This document shows, one piece after another, positions 53,541 through 64,000 of a stretch of 64,000 nt of DNA. Below the pieces are notes generated by a model. The model was not told where the DNA came from and searched no databases. It saw only the letters and a program-made list of their open reading frames with translations. The translations under genes and the position numbers were made by a program. The stretch covers positions 896,001 to 960,000 of the forward strand of contig CBDANS010000007.1 of NCBI GenBank assembly GCA_965197745.1, written 5' to 3'. Numbering within the stretch: position 1 is the first letter of the stretch; the number at the start of each line of letters is the position of its first letter. Source of the DNA: Opitutales bacterium. GTDB taxonomy: Bacteria; Verrucomicrobiota; Verrucomicrobiia; Opitutales; PNEW01.

Positions 53541-53820
53541 GAGGACAAATTCTCTTCTCTACTATTTTAGTACGGGGACATTGTCTGAGGGATATCGATT
53601 AGGTTATAAAAATGCGCGTTTTCGTACGTTCGATTGAATGGTTTCAAGGCCGATGAAGATTTTAAAGCTTCGAAACTTAATTTGATTCGCCCGTGAAGGG
53701 GTCTTAGAGCCTCGAGAAGGGACGTTTACATCTTAAGGCAGGAAATGTTTCATAACGGAGGGTGATCGTACCTTTCAGAGCCAATAAAATGCGTTTCTTT
53801 TTAAATCATTGTTGCTGCCA
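53541..53820 (+). repeat. Long non-coding direct repeat, copy 2 (with ~100-bp internal insert)
   Basis: gcccgtgaaggggtcttagagcctcgagaagggacgtttacatcttaagg..tgtttcataacggagggtgatcgtac. Confidence 0.8.
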
Positions 53821-54030
53821 TTTCTTACGATCCCCAAGCCCATGTATTTGCCGTGCACCTTCCCGGTCACTCCCTATCTCTTCTTATCTCTTGGGCTGTT
53901 GATTGCTTTACCCCAGCTTCCGGGGAGTGTCTAAGCTTGAACCCTTTTGGATACCATTGACAAATTTTATTAAATCATTGTATATGACTTTCCGCTTTTT
54001 CCAATAGCGCACCATCCCTCATATTTACCA

Positions 54031-55004
54031 ATGAAGAAACACCACCTCTGTCCATTGGTGATTCCGTTAATCTCAATGTGCGTCTTGTCGCCGGTGTTCG
54101 GCGCTGATGAACCTCCGACTTGCACGGAGCACTCCATCGTAGCCAGCGCGGTGCGCACCCCAGGGGACGTAGAGGCGTTCGTTCAATGCCGCCTTACGAG
54201 TATGTCCAAGAAGAGGGCTTCAGTGAGGCCCGGCGGGCCTTTAACGAGGACGAGCGTTGGATAAGCGGCCCGATCTATATCTTCGTCTCCGAAGTAGTCC
54301 CAACCCATGCATCTATATCGTTCGTTTACCCCCCCGACCCTTCCCTCGAAGGGGTGCCGTGGGGAGAACCGATAATCGACGTCTTCGGCAACGACTGGTA
54401 TGCAGAATTTCATCGTATCATGAGCATTGTCGATGAGGGATGGATGTACTACTCCTTCACGAACCCTGAGACGGGCAGGGATGAGCCGAAGGCTACCTAT
54501 CTCAAGAGCATCGACTGGAACGGGACCCCCTCTGCAATCGGCGTGGGAATCTACCGACGCGACATCCCCGGCACGTGCTGGAGTGAAGAAGTCAATGCCA
54601 TGTTGCTCGATAGTGACCCTTCCAACGAGAGGCTCAAGGAGTTTGTCCGCTGCGCCGCGATGGAGCTTGAAATGAAGGGCTACTTCGCGATCAACACATT
54701 GACGAAGGAGCCGCGATGGAAACACGAATCAATCTACTTGTTTGCAATCGATACTTATGGCTATACGCTGTTCAGCGGAGATCCATACAGCCAGTGGTCG
54801 GGGGTATCCGAGTTGAAAGGAACGGTTGAAGAACATGATTTATTGAGCGTTGCAGACGCTTTCGGAGAAAGCTTCCTGTATTACACGAAACGCAATCCGG
54901 CGAGTGCAATGGAGGAGCGCAAGGTGACTTTCGTTAAAAGGATCGTATCCTTTGGACTGCCGATTCTGATCGGGGCGGGCTATTACCTGGATGAGGGTCC
55001 GTAA
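54031..55004 (+). pseudogene. Secreted double Cache-like sensory-domain protein, frameshifted near 54190
   Basis: Signal peptide and VEAFVQC in one frame continue as YEYVQEEG in another; internal repeat LKEFVRCAA; YYSFTNPETGRDEPK / YYTKRNPASAMEERK. Confidence 0.7.
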
Positions 55005-55132
55005 GGCCGGGCAAAGCTTGCGCGATAACATCGGGAACTCATAAACTCTCCCTGAGAACAATTGAGAGCCCTGTCATAGTGCTGGCTGGTTTACTCTTTG
55101 CGGGGTGAATTTTTTGAAGCATCACCAATGAT

Positions 55133-55303
55133 TTGAATTGCCCGTGAAGGGGTCTGAGAGCCTCGAGAAAGGGTGTTTGCATCTTAAGACATAAATGGTG
55201 TTTCCTAACGAAGAGTGATCGTACATTTTAGAGCCAATTTAAGCAGGGTCTTTTAAATTATTTTTGCTGCTTTAGCGTTGCCCTTTGTAAATATATTTTC
55301 CGG
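55133..55303 (+). repeat. Long non-coding direct repeat, copy 3
   Basis: gcccgtgaaggggtctgagagcctcgagaaagggtgtttgcatcttaag..gtgatcgtac..agcgttgccctttgtaaata. Confidence 0.8.
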
Positions 55304-56345
55304 TGAGTAAATCGATAGTATGACTGTCGGTATATCTTCTGATCGCACCCCCCCCCCCGCCCCCTTGAAACATGATCTACTCCTAAGGGCGCGGTTAAAG
55401 CGATGGCAGGGGAAGGAGACTGCTCAAGACATGCTCTTGTCCTAAGAAGGTGACAACCCTAAATCACGGGTCGTGGTGAGTATGCAACGAGTATATCAAC
55501 CCGGCTTAATCAGAGTGTTATACTGGGGCTTACTCCTTAATTAGCGGCGTTATAAGACCGTTAGGAATTTATAGTATAAATTAAATACGTTGAATATCAA
55601 CCACTTACAAATCAACTGGACATAATAACGATTGTGCGGGTCACCTTCTAAGACCTCTCCTCAGGGCGGCCCCTTTTTGTCCGCGCACACTGCCGTCAAT
55701 AACGGTCTGCTCAAGCAACCCAGGAACGACAATCACCTTTTTTTAGTGTGTCCACAGGTTGGCCTGCATTGCGGACAACCTGCAATATCCCTTAATCAAT
55801 GGGCTGATCGATAAGAGAGGATCGTTTCGATCCTCCCGCTCCTTTTTTAAGTGTCTCCACAGTTCACCGTTGTACGACGGGAAACAACAGATACAAAAAA
55901 TGACAATATTGACAGCATCAATCTGGCTCAAAAAAAACCACCCCTCCTTGACCATCTCTCAGATCCAGGAAGGTTCTGAAAATAGCGCCGAAACAGTTAC
56001 CCCTCGAAATAAAATTCTGTCATGATAAACTGAAAAGGCAATTGGGAAGAAATTATTTGTCCAGGAACTGTCCAAGCGGTGTGCCGGCTTTCGAACGACG
56101 AACAATAACCAACCAGTGGTCTAATACGAAGATCTCATCTTCGAAATATCCCGATTGATTGCACTGGCCATAGATGCCATCAGCCGCACTACGTTTACCA
56201 GCCCATAGTCGAACAGGAGGAGGTCATCCATTTGGAACAAAAAAATCACGGGAAAGAATCCTCAATGACTATAACGTCAGAAATCTAAGTATTTGAGACT
56301 TCAGCATCGAAAATGATAAAAAAGAAATACCTTGTGATATAATCC

Positions 56346-58817
56346 CTATTCATACCGCAATGTTTCAATCGGGTCAACACGTGCAGCCACTCGCGCTGGT
56401 AACCAGGCTGAAAATAATCCCACGAGTGCTATTAATGCGATTACCGTGCTATAAACAGTCAAATCATTGGGAGACACATCTTCAATAAGACTGGATAAAA
56501 TTCGGGAAAGGGCCAGGGCCAAGAGCAATCCCAAAAATATACCCGCACCTATTTGAATACCGCTCTGTTTAATTACCATAGCAATAATGTTGCGCGGTTC
56601 CGCGCCCATTGCTTTACGGATTCCCATTTCCTGGGTACGTTGATTAACCGAAAAAGACATGACACCATACACGCCAATAGCCGCTAATATAAAAGCAGCG
56701 ATGCCAAAAACAACAAAAAGACCGGGAATGAACTTAGTTCCTCTGGATATTTTATCAATATAACCTTGAACTGTATTAATTTCATAAAGGGGTTGATTGG
56801 GATTTAATTTTTGCAACTCGGTACGCACTGCGGGCAACCAGTTCATGGGATCATCTCCCGTACCCCGTAAAATGAATGTCATATGGCGTGTCGTAATATT
56901 TTGATTAAATACGGTCTCTTGGGCCATGGGGACATAAAATCCTGAGCCATCGTTATTCACTGTATTAAAACCCTCCATCTGTAAATCCGGTGCAACACCG
57001 ACAACCGTTAGCCAAGGCTTCTCACCCGGCCCCTTCGCTTTAAACATTTTACCGATTGGACTCTGATTCGGCCAATACTTTTCCGCAAAAATAGTATTAA
57101 CAATCGCTACCTGCTGAGAATCGGCAATGTCCGTATGATTGAATGCTCTTCCCTCTAAAATAGAGACTCCAAAGACATTGAAGTAGCCATCAGAAATACC
57201 TGCAAATTGAGCACGCGGATAGTCATCATCTGACGCATAACTCACCCCATCAATTATAATAATCCGGGGAACTGCTATCGGTTCATTATGTGAAGAGGTC
57301 AACGCGACTGCCTCAATACCCGGAACAACCCTGAGGTTATTGAGCAATGTATTAAGAAATGAGATTTTATCACTATCTTCAGGATAGTCCGTGTCAAATA
57401 ATGCCGTCCGTGCCTGTAATATAGCTTCCGGGTTATAGGGTAATTCGAACTGGTTTAGCTTATACGACATTTTTAACATCATACCCGAGCCTATAAGGAG
57501 CGCGCAGGACATGGCAATTTGCACAATGACCAAAAACTTACTGAATCGACCCGAACGCAAATTAGAAGAGGTGCGAGTGTTTTCCTTTAATAATTGATTT
57601 ACATCCGTTCTCGATGCCTGAAGCGCGGGGACAAGTCCCGATATTATACCGGTTGCAAAGGTAACACCGATGACAAAAATAAACACCGATCCATCCAGTT
57701 CAAAATTTATCCAGGAGGGAAAATTTCCTCCCTCGAACATGACCAAAAGATAATTCCACAAAAACTCTAAAGATCTATGCGCGATGAGAAAACCACCCAC
57801 CGCACCGATTATCGAAATGATCAGGCTCTCGGTCAGTATTTGTGTGATTAATCTTTTCCTCTTTGCACCTAATGCACTGCGTATAGCGAGCTCCTTGCTG
57901 CGCAGAATAGATCGGGCAAAAAGTAGGTTTGCAACATTAGAACAGGCAATGAGAAGCACCATGAATGCGGCCACGAGCATAGTCGTGAATAATATATTTA
58001 TCTCATTGCCCATAATTCCCTTAATATAAGGCTTAATATCGAGTGAATTATAGCCCTCGTTGCTTTCTGGATATTCCTGTTCCAGACGACTGGCTATGCC
58101 GTTTAGCTCGGTTAATGCTTCTTCAAGTGTAACGTCATCTTTCAACCTTCCAAATACCGTCAATTTACCACTATTCTTTCTTGTCGTTGACGAAAAATCT
58201 TTGAGGCGCGGAATCCAAAGGTCCGCACCAAATGGAAACTTATAATCCTGTGACATCACACCCACAATGTTGTGCGATACATTATTTAAGAGGACAGACC
58301 GACCAATTATATCGACATCTCCATAAAAATCCTTCTGCCAGATTCCATAACTGATGATCGCTACCTTATCAGCACCCGGCAGGTCTTCATCTTTAAAAAA
58401 TCCGCGACCTAAGAGAGGTTTGGCGCGAAGCAATTCTAGAAAATTAGTGGAGATTGAACAACCATTATAACGCCGCGCGTAATCATCACCTTTTATATTT
58501 ATCGTAGAATTGTCGGAACCACTTAAGCCCTCAAAAGTGGTTTGCTGTTCCTGAAAGTCATTGAGGTCATAGGCATTTATAAACAAATCAATGTTAAAAT
58601 CTTGCGAGTTACTTTTAACGTTAGCCCATCTTAAAAGGAAAAGGCGATCCGATTTATCAAAGGGCAGTCCCTTGATAATAAAACCATTTACGATACTGAA
58701 CATAGTTACTACGAGGCCAATGCCGATGGACAAGGCAATTACCGCTATGACCGAAACACCTATATTCTGTCTCAACATCCGCAGTCCAAAAATTATATCC
58801 TGAAGTATGTTTCGCAT
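56346..58817 (-). CDS. ADOP-type duplicated MacB/FtsX-like ABC permease
   Basis: LLIACSNVANL, ELAIRSALGA, RTQEMGIRKAMGA, ARVDPIETLRYE. Confidence 0.92.
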   Translation of the reverse strand: MRNILQDIIFGLRMLRQNIGVSVIAVIALSIGIGLVVTMFSIVNGFIIKGLPFDKSDRLFLLRWANVKSNSQDFNIDLFINAYDLNDFQEQQTTFEGLSGSDNSTINIKGDDYARRYNGCSISTNFLELLRAKPLLGRGFFKDEDLPGADKVAIISYGIWQKDFYGDVDIIGRSVLLNNVSHNIVGVMSQDYKFPFGADLWIPRLKDFSSTTRKNSGKLTVFGRLKDDVTLEEALTELNGIASRLEQEYPESNEGYNSLDIKPYIKGIMGNEINILFTTMLVAAFMVLLIACSNVANLLFARSILRSKELAIRSALGAKRKRLITQILTESLIISIIGAVGGFLIAHRSLEFLWNYLLVMFEGGNFPSWINFELDGSVFIFVIGVTFATGIISGLVPALQASRTDVNQLLKENTRTSSNLRSGRFSKFLVIVQIAMSCALLIGSGMMLKMSYKLNQFELPYNPEAILQARTALFDTDYPEDSDKISFLNTLLNNLRVVPGIEAVALTSSHNEPIAVPRIIIIDGVSYASDDDYPRAQFAGISDGYFNVFGVSILEGRAFNHTDIADSQQVAIVNTIFAEKYWPNQSPIGKMFKAKGPGEKPWLTVVGVAPDLQMEGFNTVNNDGSGFYVPMAQETVFNQNITTRHMTFILRGTGDDPMNWLPAVRTELQKLNPNQPLYEINTVQGYIDKISRGTKFIPGLFVVFGIAAFILAAIGVYGVMSFSVNQRTQEMGIRKAMGAEPRNIIAMVIKQSGIQIGAGIFLGLLLALALSRILSSLIEDVSPNDLTVYSTVIALIALVGLFSAWLPARVAARVDPIETLRYE

Positions 58818-58848
58818 CTTTCTCTGTGGTTAATTATTTTGGGGTGGA

Positions 58849-60339
58849 CTAAGGTATGTTCACCGCGAATTTCTCCAAGGTGGTGCCAACTTGCTGATCG
58901 TATTCGGCGAGAGATTTATTGTAATCAATAATAGCTTGCAGTTCACGAATCTCAGCCTCTGCCAGATCATCCTGTAACCTTAAGACGATAAAGGTGGTAC
59001 TCGTTCCTGCCTGAAGCTTCTTTTGTTCTGCAGCGAGGCTTTTCTCCGATAAAGCGCGTGCGTCTTTAGCGACCTTGATCCGTTTCCAGTTCGTATTGAT
59101 GCGACCCGCAGCATTATCCAGGTTTATTAATATATCCTGTTTAAATTGCTTTAGTGTGATTTCCTGCTGATTTTTTCTTAAATAAGCCGCTGCTTTCTGT
59201 GATCTTCCGAATCGATTGGGGAAAGGCACATTAAAGTTTATACCCAGCCGATAAGCCTGATTTTCATTTTCCGTTAATCTGTCAAAGCTGCTCTCAAAAC
59301 TATCATCTCGTCCTTGCCAACCATATCCTCCGATAAGGTCTAAATTGGGCAAAGCTTGATGGCTGTTGAGTGTTATTTCGATTTCGCTCGTTTCAAGATA
59401 GAGAACCGCTCGACGATAATCTGGTCTTATCTCTAATGCCTTTTGATAATCCTCTTCTAAATTGATAGTGATTTCCTGAGGTTGATGGGGTGGTAGAATG
59501 GATATTCTTTTCTTCAGCACACCCACTATGCCATCGTATAACAATTGCTTGAGTCGATTCTCCTGATCCAGCATGAAGCGTTCTGCAAGCAAAACGCGCT
59601 CTTCCCTTAATGCTACTTCTGCTTCAGCCTGAACAACATCCAATGGGGCCATTGATCCAATCTCAATCCGTCGAATATTATCCTCTTTTAATTTCAGTGC
59701 TAAGTCACGACTGCGTTTAGCAACGTCCAAATTCTGGGACGCGAAATAGAAATCATTGTAAGCAAATATTGTTCTTGAAATTATGGAAATAACCACGCGC
59801 TTAAACTCCCACTCGGATAACTCTAATCCTTTTTTCGCAATATTAATTCTGGCTTTATTGAAACCGGGTCCGAATCCTCTAAGTATGGGTTGGGTTAAAC
59901 TAAATCCGGCAAAAGTGTAATATTCATCCGTAAAATCATTAAATGTCCCTCTGCGATTATCACTATCAATGCCGATCTCATAGTTCGTTCCCCAGGGAAG
60001 GACTCCATTAAAACCAATTGATAAGGTATCATCCTCCAGAGTGAATGATTCCGGGGCATCGAAATTTAAAGGATCGATCAACTGCGGGTTGTCAGCTTTG
60101 CTGCGCAGATACCTTGAATCAAATGATGGATCGAAAATTCCTTTTTCAGCGGTCAATTCATGGGCTGCAATATCCGGTGAGATTTGCTCAACCTGGATTG
60201 TAAAATTCTTTGCCAGTACGAGTTTAATCGCTTGAGACAAATTCAGCATCTCCGCTTTAGATTCTTCACTTTGAGCCAGATGTGGATATACATAATATGC
60301 AGTTAGGATAAGAGATATGATATATTTTTTAATATTCAT
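58849..60339 (-). CDS. TolC family outer membrane efflux protein
   Basis: LSQAIKLVLAKN, APLDVVQAEA, GTSTTFIVL; inside the efflux operon. Confidence 0.88.
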   Translation of the reverse strand: MNIKKYIISLILTAYYVYPHLAQSEESKAEMLNLSQAIKLVLAKNFTIQVEQISPDIAAHELTAEKGIFDPSFDSRYLRSKADNPQLIDPLNFDAPESFTLEDDTLSIGFNGVLPWGTNYEIGIDSDNRRGTFNDFTDEYYTFAGFSLTQPILRGFGPGFNKARINIAKKGLELSEWEFKRVVISIISRTIFAYNDFYFASQNLDVAKRSRDLALKLKEDNIRRIEIGSMAPLDVVQAEAEVALREERVLLAERFMLDQENRLKQLLYDGIVGVLKKRISILPPHQPQEITINLEEDYQKALEIRPDYRRAVLYLETSEIEITLNSHQALPNLDLIGGYGWQGRDDSFESSFDRLTENENQAYRLGINFNVPFPNRFGRSQKAAAYLRKNQQEITLKQFKQDILINLDNAAGRINTNWKRIKVAKDARALSEKSLAAEQKKLQAGTSTTFIVLRLQDDLAEAEIRELQAIIDYNKSLAEYDQQVGTTLEKFAVNIP

Positions 60340-60382
60340 GGTAAAGTAAGTGCTAAAATTAAGTGCGGTAAATTAAATTACA

Positions 60383-62860
60383 CTATTCATACCGCAATGC
60401 TTCCATGGGTTCTACGCGTGCCGCTACCCGAGCCGGTATCCAGACTGACAATAATCCGACTAAAACTATTACCCCGATTACTGTTATATAAACTGACAGG
60501 TCATAGGGAGAAAAATTTGAATATATGCTGTGAAGGATTTTAGAAAATGCAATCGCCAGTAATAATCCTATGAATATACCCGCACCAATTTGCCTACTAC
60601 TTTGCTTAATAATCATTGTCAGGATAAGGCGAGGGTCGGCACCCAATGCCTTGCGGATTCCCATCTCCTGTGTGCGCTGATTAACCGAAAACGACATCAC
60701 ACCATACACACCAATAGAAGCGAGAAAGGTGGCTGCGATACCGAAAGCAATAAACAGTCCGGTGAAGAACTTACGCCATCGAGAATAATCATCGATTGCA
60801 CCTTGTACTGTTTTAATGTCATATAAAGGCTGATTAGGATTTAATTTCTGAACCTCGCTACGGATTGTTGGCAACCAGTTCATGGGATCACGACCGGCGC
60901 CTTTTAAAACAAGCGTCATGTAGCGATTGGTTATATTTCTTAAAAAGGTAGTCTTTTGCGTCATCGGGACATAAAAACCCGGGAATCTATCCTGGTCATC
61001 CCAATTAAAACCTTCCATTTGGAGGTCTGGAGCAACACCCACTATCGTCAACCAAGGCATACCTGCAGGATAATATACTTTTAATCGTTTACCTATTGCA
61101 CTTTGTCCCGGCCAATAATGTTCAGCGAAGTCTGTGTTAACGATTGCGACCTGCTGTGAGTCAGTAATGTCGGTATCATAAAACGGCCTTCCTTCTAATA
61201 TTGGTGCATTAAAGACATCGAAGTAATCGGTAGATACACCGGCAAAACAAGTCCACGGATAATCATCCTCTGTTACATAACTTTCACCGTCGACTATGAT
61301 CTTCCTCCAAAAGGCGAATGGCTCACTGTGAGTTGATGTTAACGCAACTACTTCAATCCCTGGAATAGCTTTCAAGTTGCTTAACAGCGATTCAAAAAAC
61401 GAAAGCTTATCACTATCCGTAGGATAATCGTCATCGTATAAAACAGTTCGTGCTTGAAAAATGGATTCAGGGTCGTAGGGCAAGTCAAACGTATTAAGAT
61501 TATTCACCATTTTTAACATTAATCCTGCTCCAACAAGAAGCACACAGCATAAAGCGATCTGTGTAATTACCAGGCACTTGCTGAATCGACCTACACGCAA
61601 ACTGGAGGATGTGCGTGTGTCTTCCTTTAATAATTGATTTACATCGGTCTTTGATGCCTTGATCGCCGGTACTATACCTGATATTACTCCGGTGAGAACC
61701 GTTAGACCGATTATAAATACAAAAACCATCCAATCCATCTCGAAATCAACCCAGGATGGAATAGAATGCCATGTCACTAATAGTGCTTTAAAATATTTCC
61801 ATAAAAAATCCAAAAATAATATCGCTATCAGTATGCCACCCATTGTTCCCATAATCGATATTAACAGACTCTCTGTTAACATTTGAATAATGATACGTTT
61901 TCTTGGAGCACCTATGGCACTTCGAATTGCCAGTTCTTTGCTTCGCAAGGTCGACCTGGCAAGAAGAAGATTAGCGACATTGGAACATGCGATGAGCAAC
62001 ACTAAAAATACGGCTCCCAGCATCGTTATTAATCTATTAACCATCCAATCGCCCATAAACGCTTTAGTGTAAGGTTCAATATCCAGAGTATTTAACCCCT
62101 TATTGCTTTCTGGATAAACCTGTTCCAGGCGAGCAGCTATACCGTTAAATTCTGTTAAGGCTTCGTCAATGGTAACGCCGTCTTTTAATCTGCCAAAAAC
62201 AAACCTGAATTTTCCACTATTTATTCTTGTTTTTAAGGGATAGTCATTCCGATAGGGAATCCACAAATCAGCACTATTCGGGAAATTAAAATCCTGGGGC
62301 ATTACACCAACTATAGTACGAGGTGCTCCATTTAATAGCATTGTCCTGCCAATAATATTAGAATCTCCGTTAAAATCTTTCTGCCAGATCCCGTATCCGA
62401 TAATCACTACAGGATCTGTACCGGGCAGCTCTTCATCCTCAAAAAAACTCCGTCCCAGTAATGGTCTGATCCTAAGCACATCGAGAAAATTAGCAGAGAT
62501 ATAGACCCCAGAACACCGGCGCGCGTAGTCATCCCCTTTAATATTCACGGATTCTTCATGATAGCCACACAACCCTTCAAACGTCGTCTGCTGTTCTCTG
62601 AAGTCAATAAGGTCATGGGTATTTATAAGGATGTCATTCCAATCAAAATTTTGATCACTTGTAGCCCATCTCAAACTGAAAATGCGTTCAGGTTCGTCAA
62701 AGGGAAGGCCTTTAATGAGAAACCCATTTACAATACTGAAAACGGTAGTAACCAGCCCAATGCCAATGGATAAGACAAACACAGCAAGCAAGGTAATCCC
62801 TACATTCTGTTTTAACATGCGCAGTCCGAAGACTATATCCTGAAGGATATTTCGCATCAT
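60383..62860 (-). CDS. ADOP-type ABC permease, paralog of 56346-58817
   Basis: Same motifs; ends ARVEPMEALRYE. Confidence 0.92.
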   Translation of the reverse strand: MMRNILQDIVFGLRMLKQNVGITLLAVFVLSIGIGLVTTVFSIVNGFLIKGLPFDEPERIFSLRWATSDQNFDWNDILINTHDLIDFREQQTTFEGLCGYHEESVNIKGDDYARRCSGVYISANFLDVLRIRPLLGRSFFEDEELPGTDPVVIIGYGIWQKDFNGDSNIIGRTMLLNGAPRTIVGVMPQDFNFPNSADLWIPYRNDYPLKTRINSGKFRFVFGRLKDGVTIDEALTEFNGIAARLEQVYPESNKGLNTLDIEPYTKAFMGDWMVNRLITMLGAVFLVLLIACSNVANLLLARSTLRSKELAIRSAIGAPRKRIIIQMLTESLLISIMGTMGGILIAILFLDFLWKYFKALLVTWHSIPSWVDFEMDWMVFVFIIGLTVLTGVISGIVPAIKASKTDVNQLLKEDTRTSSSLRVGRFSKCLVITQIALCCVLLVGAGLMLKMVNNLNTFDLPYDPESIFQARTVLYDDDYPTDSDKLSFFESLLSNLKAIPGIEVVALTSTHSEPFAFWRKIIVDGESYVTEDDYPWTCFAGVSTDYFDVFNAPILEGRPFYDTDITDSQQVAIVNTDFAEHYWPGQSAIGKRLKVYYPAGMPWLTIVGVAPDLQMEGFNWDDQDRFPGFYVPMTQKTTFLRNITNRYMTLVLKGAGRDPMNWLPTIRSEVQKLNPNQPLYDIKTVQGAIDDYSRWRKFFTGLFIAFGIAATFLASIGVYGVMSFSVNQRTQEMGIRKALGADPRLILTMIIKQSSRQIGAGIFIGLLLAIAFSKILHSIYSNFSPYDLSVYITVIGVIVLVGLLSVWIPARVAARVEPMEALRYE

Positions 62861-62878
62861 TTGAGGTAGTGGTTCGTG

Positions 62879-63583
62879 TTAGACCGTTTGTTTAGCGACT
62901 CCGTCTACAACCTTACCGTCAAAAAGGTGAACAACCTTGGATGCATAACTGATGTAATCTTCGTTATGTGTCACCATACATATAGTAGCCCCTTCGTCGT
63001 TTAATCGCTTAAGCAATTCCATTACTGTCTTACCATTACTCGAGTCGAGATTACCGGTCGGCTCATCGGCAAGGAGAATTCGTGGTTCACCGGCAAGGGC
63101 GCGGGCAACAGCAACGCGTTGTTGTTGTCCACCGGATAGTTGACTCGGAACATGTTTACTTCGATGAGACATCTCTACTTTATCCAAGGCATCATTGACG
63201 CGCACTTTTCTATCAGTTGATCGCATCCCGCGGTAAGTCAGGGGAAGTTCTACATTTTCGTATACACTGAGGTCACCGATAAGATTGAAGCTTTGAAATA
63301 TAAACCCGATTTCGCGATTGCGGATTCGAGCTCGTTCGTCCTCCGTGAGGTTGGCAACTGCTTTATCAGCGAGGGTGTAATTACCTTCAGTTGGGGAATC
63401 CAGTAATCCGAGAATGGACAGAAGCGTAGACTTACCGCAACCGGACGGTCCATTGATGGAGACAAACTCACCGGTGTTAATACCTAGATCTATTCCCGAT
63501 AGGGCATGGGTTTCCAGTTCGTCCGTAAAAAACACTTTTGAAATATTATCTAACTGGATTAGGGTATTATTTTTATTATTCAT
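62879..63583 (-). CDS. ABC transporter ATP-binding protein (MacB/LolD-like)
   Basis: GPSGCGKST, LSGGQQQRV, LADEPTGNLD, VTH. Confidence 0.95.
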   Translation of the reverse strand: MNNKNNTLIQLDNISKVFFTDELETHALSGIDLGINTGEFVSINGPSGCGKSTLLSILGLLDSPTEGNYTLADKAVANLTEDERARIRNREIGFIFQSFNLIGDLSVYENVELPLTYRGMRSTDRKVRVNDALDKVEMSHRSKHVPSQLSGGQQQRVAVARALAGEPRILLADEPTGNLDSSNGKTVMELLKRLNDEGATICMVTHNEDYISYASKVVHLFDGKVVDGVAKQTV

Positions 63584-63615
63584 GGCATTTCTTGGGTACT
63601 GGTTTCTTGAGGTAA

Positions 63616-64000
63616 TTAATGAACTTGAATTCGATCGTATTTATCCCATGCAGTGGTGTCGGAGAGAATAATCTTATCCCCGGGAACAAGGCCGTCAACT
63701 ACTTCGATAGTACTTACTGAAGCACGGCCAAACTGAACCCGGGTTCGTTCCGCAATTTCACTGTCCGGTAAAAATTTAAAGATCCCCACAGGAGTATCGG
63801 ACCGCCCGAATACGGGTCGCCCGACATAGATGACATCTTCCAGATTCTCCAATTCAATTCTGCCTTCAACTGTTAAATCGGGCCGTGCTCCCTTGGGAAG
63901 CTCTCCCTTAAGCTGGACATCGACCGCTACCGTATTGTTTTCCACATTGGGATCGACGCGTGTCACCAATCCGTCAACAAAACCGTTGCGGGTATCGATT
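63616..64000 (-). CDS. Efflux periplasmic adaptor (MFP) subunit, 5' end truncated by window edge
   Basis: RVDPNV..TV.VDV, ARPDLTVEG, IEVVDGLVPGDKII. Confidence 0.85.
   Translation of the reverse strand, partial: IDTRNGFVDGLVTRVDPNVENNTVAVDVQLKGELPKGARPDLTVEGRIELENLEDVIYVGRPVFGRSDTPVGIFKFLPDSEIAERTRVQFGRASVSTIEVVDGLVPGDKIILSDTTAWDKYDRIQVH

Larger units (their letters stand above)
48796..55620. mobile_element. Small integrative element (int, regulator, xis, rep, repeats and cargo); right boundary uncertain
   Basis: Gene order typical of IMEs/satellites; long AT-rich non-coding tracts with dispersed repeats. Confidence 0.6.

Noticed and set aside
52791..55303. CRISPR array
   Set aside because: Repeats are too long, divergent and unevenly spaced; no cas genes in the window
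48796..55620. Prophage or conjugative ICE
   Set aside because: No structural, terminase, relaxase or T4SS genes

Overview
A 64-kb bacterial accessory region with no core operons. Gene content and repeat style suggest a marine Verrucomicrobiota (Opitutae-like) genome, which is my inference. It holds catabolic enzymes (SDR, HpcH aldolase, ICL/PEP mutase, two PhyH dioxygenases, AKR, DHDPS-like, GH32, decayed sulfatase), a thiaminase I homologue and orphan response regulators. It also has three paralogous ~950-aa FG-GAP proteins, two Ig-domain surface proteins with a near-identical C-terminal module, a run of small cassette-like genes with degenerate attC-like sites, and an ADOP-type ABC export operon with TolC. 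A tRNA(CAT) at 48467-48541 (-) looks like an integration hotspot. A hairpin-interrupted copy of its 3' half lies at 45188-45259, and a probable older remnant lies near 38.1 kb. On the tRNA's 5' side is a small integrative element: tyrosine integrase, a frameshift-split WELLRRN (FseA/DUF6499-like) gene, an excisionase-like HTH, a Rep-like HTH, and three long non-coding direct repeats bracketing cargo. That element is the best candidate for an undescribed system. All protein calls come from motif recognition by eye; no searches were run.
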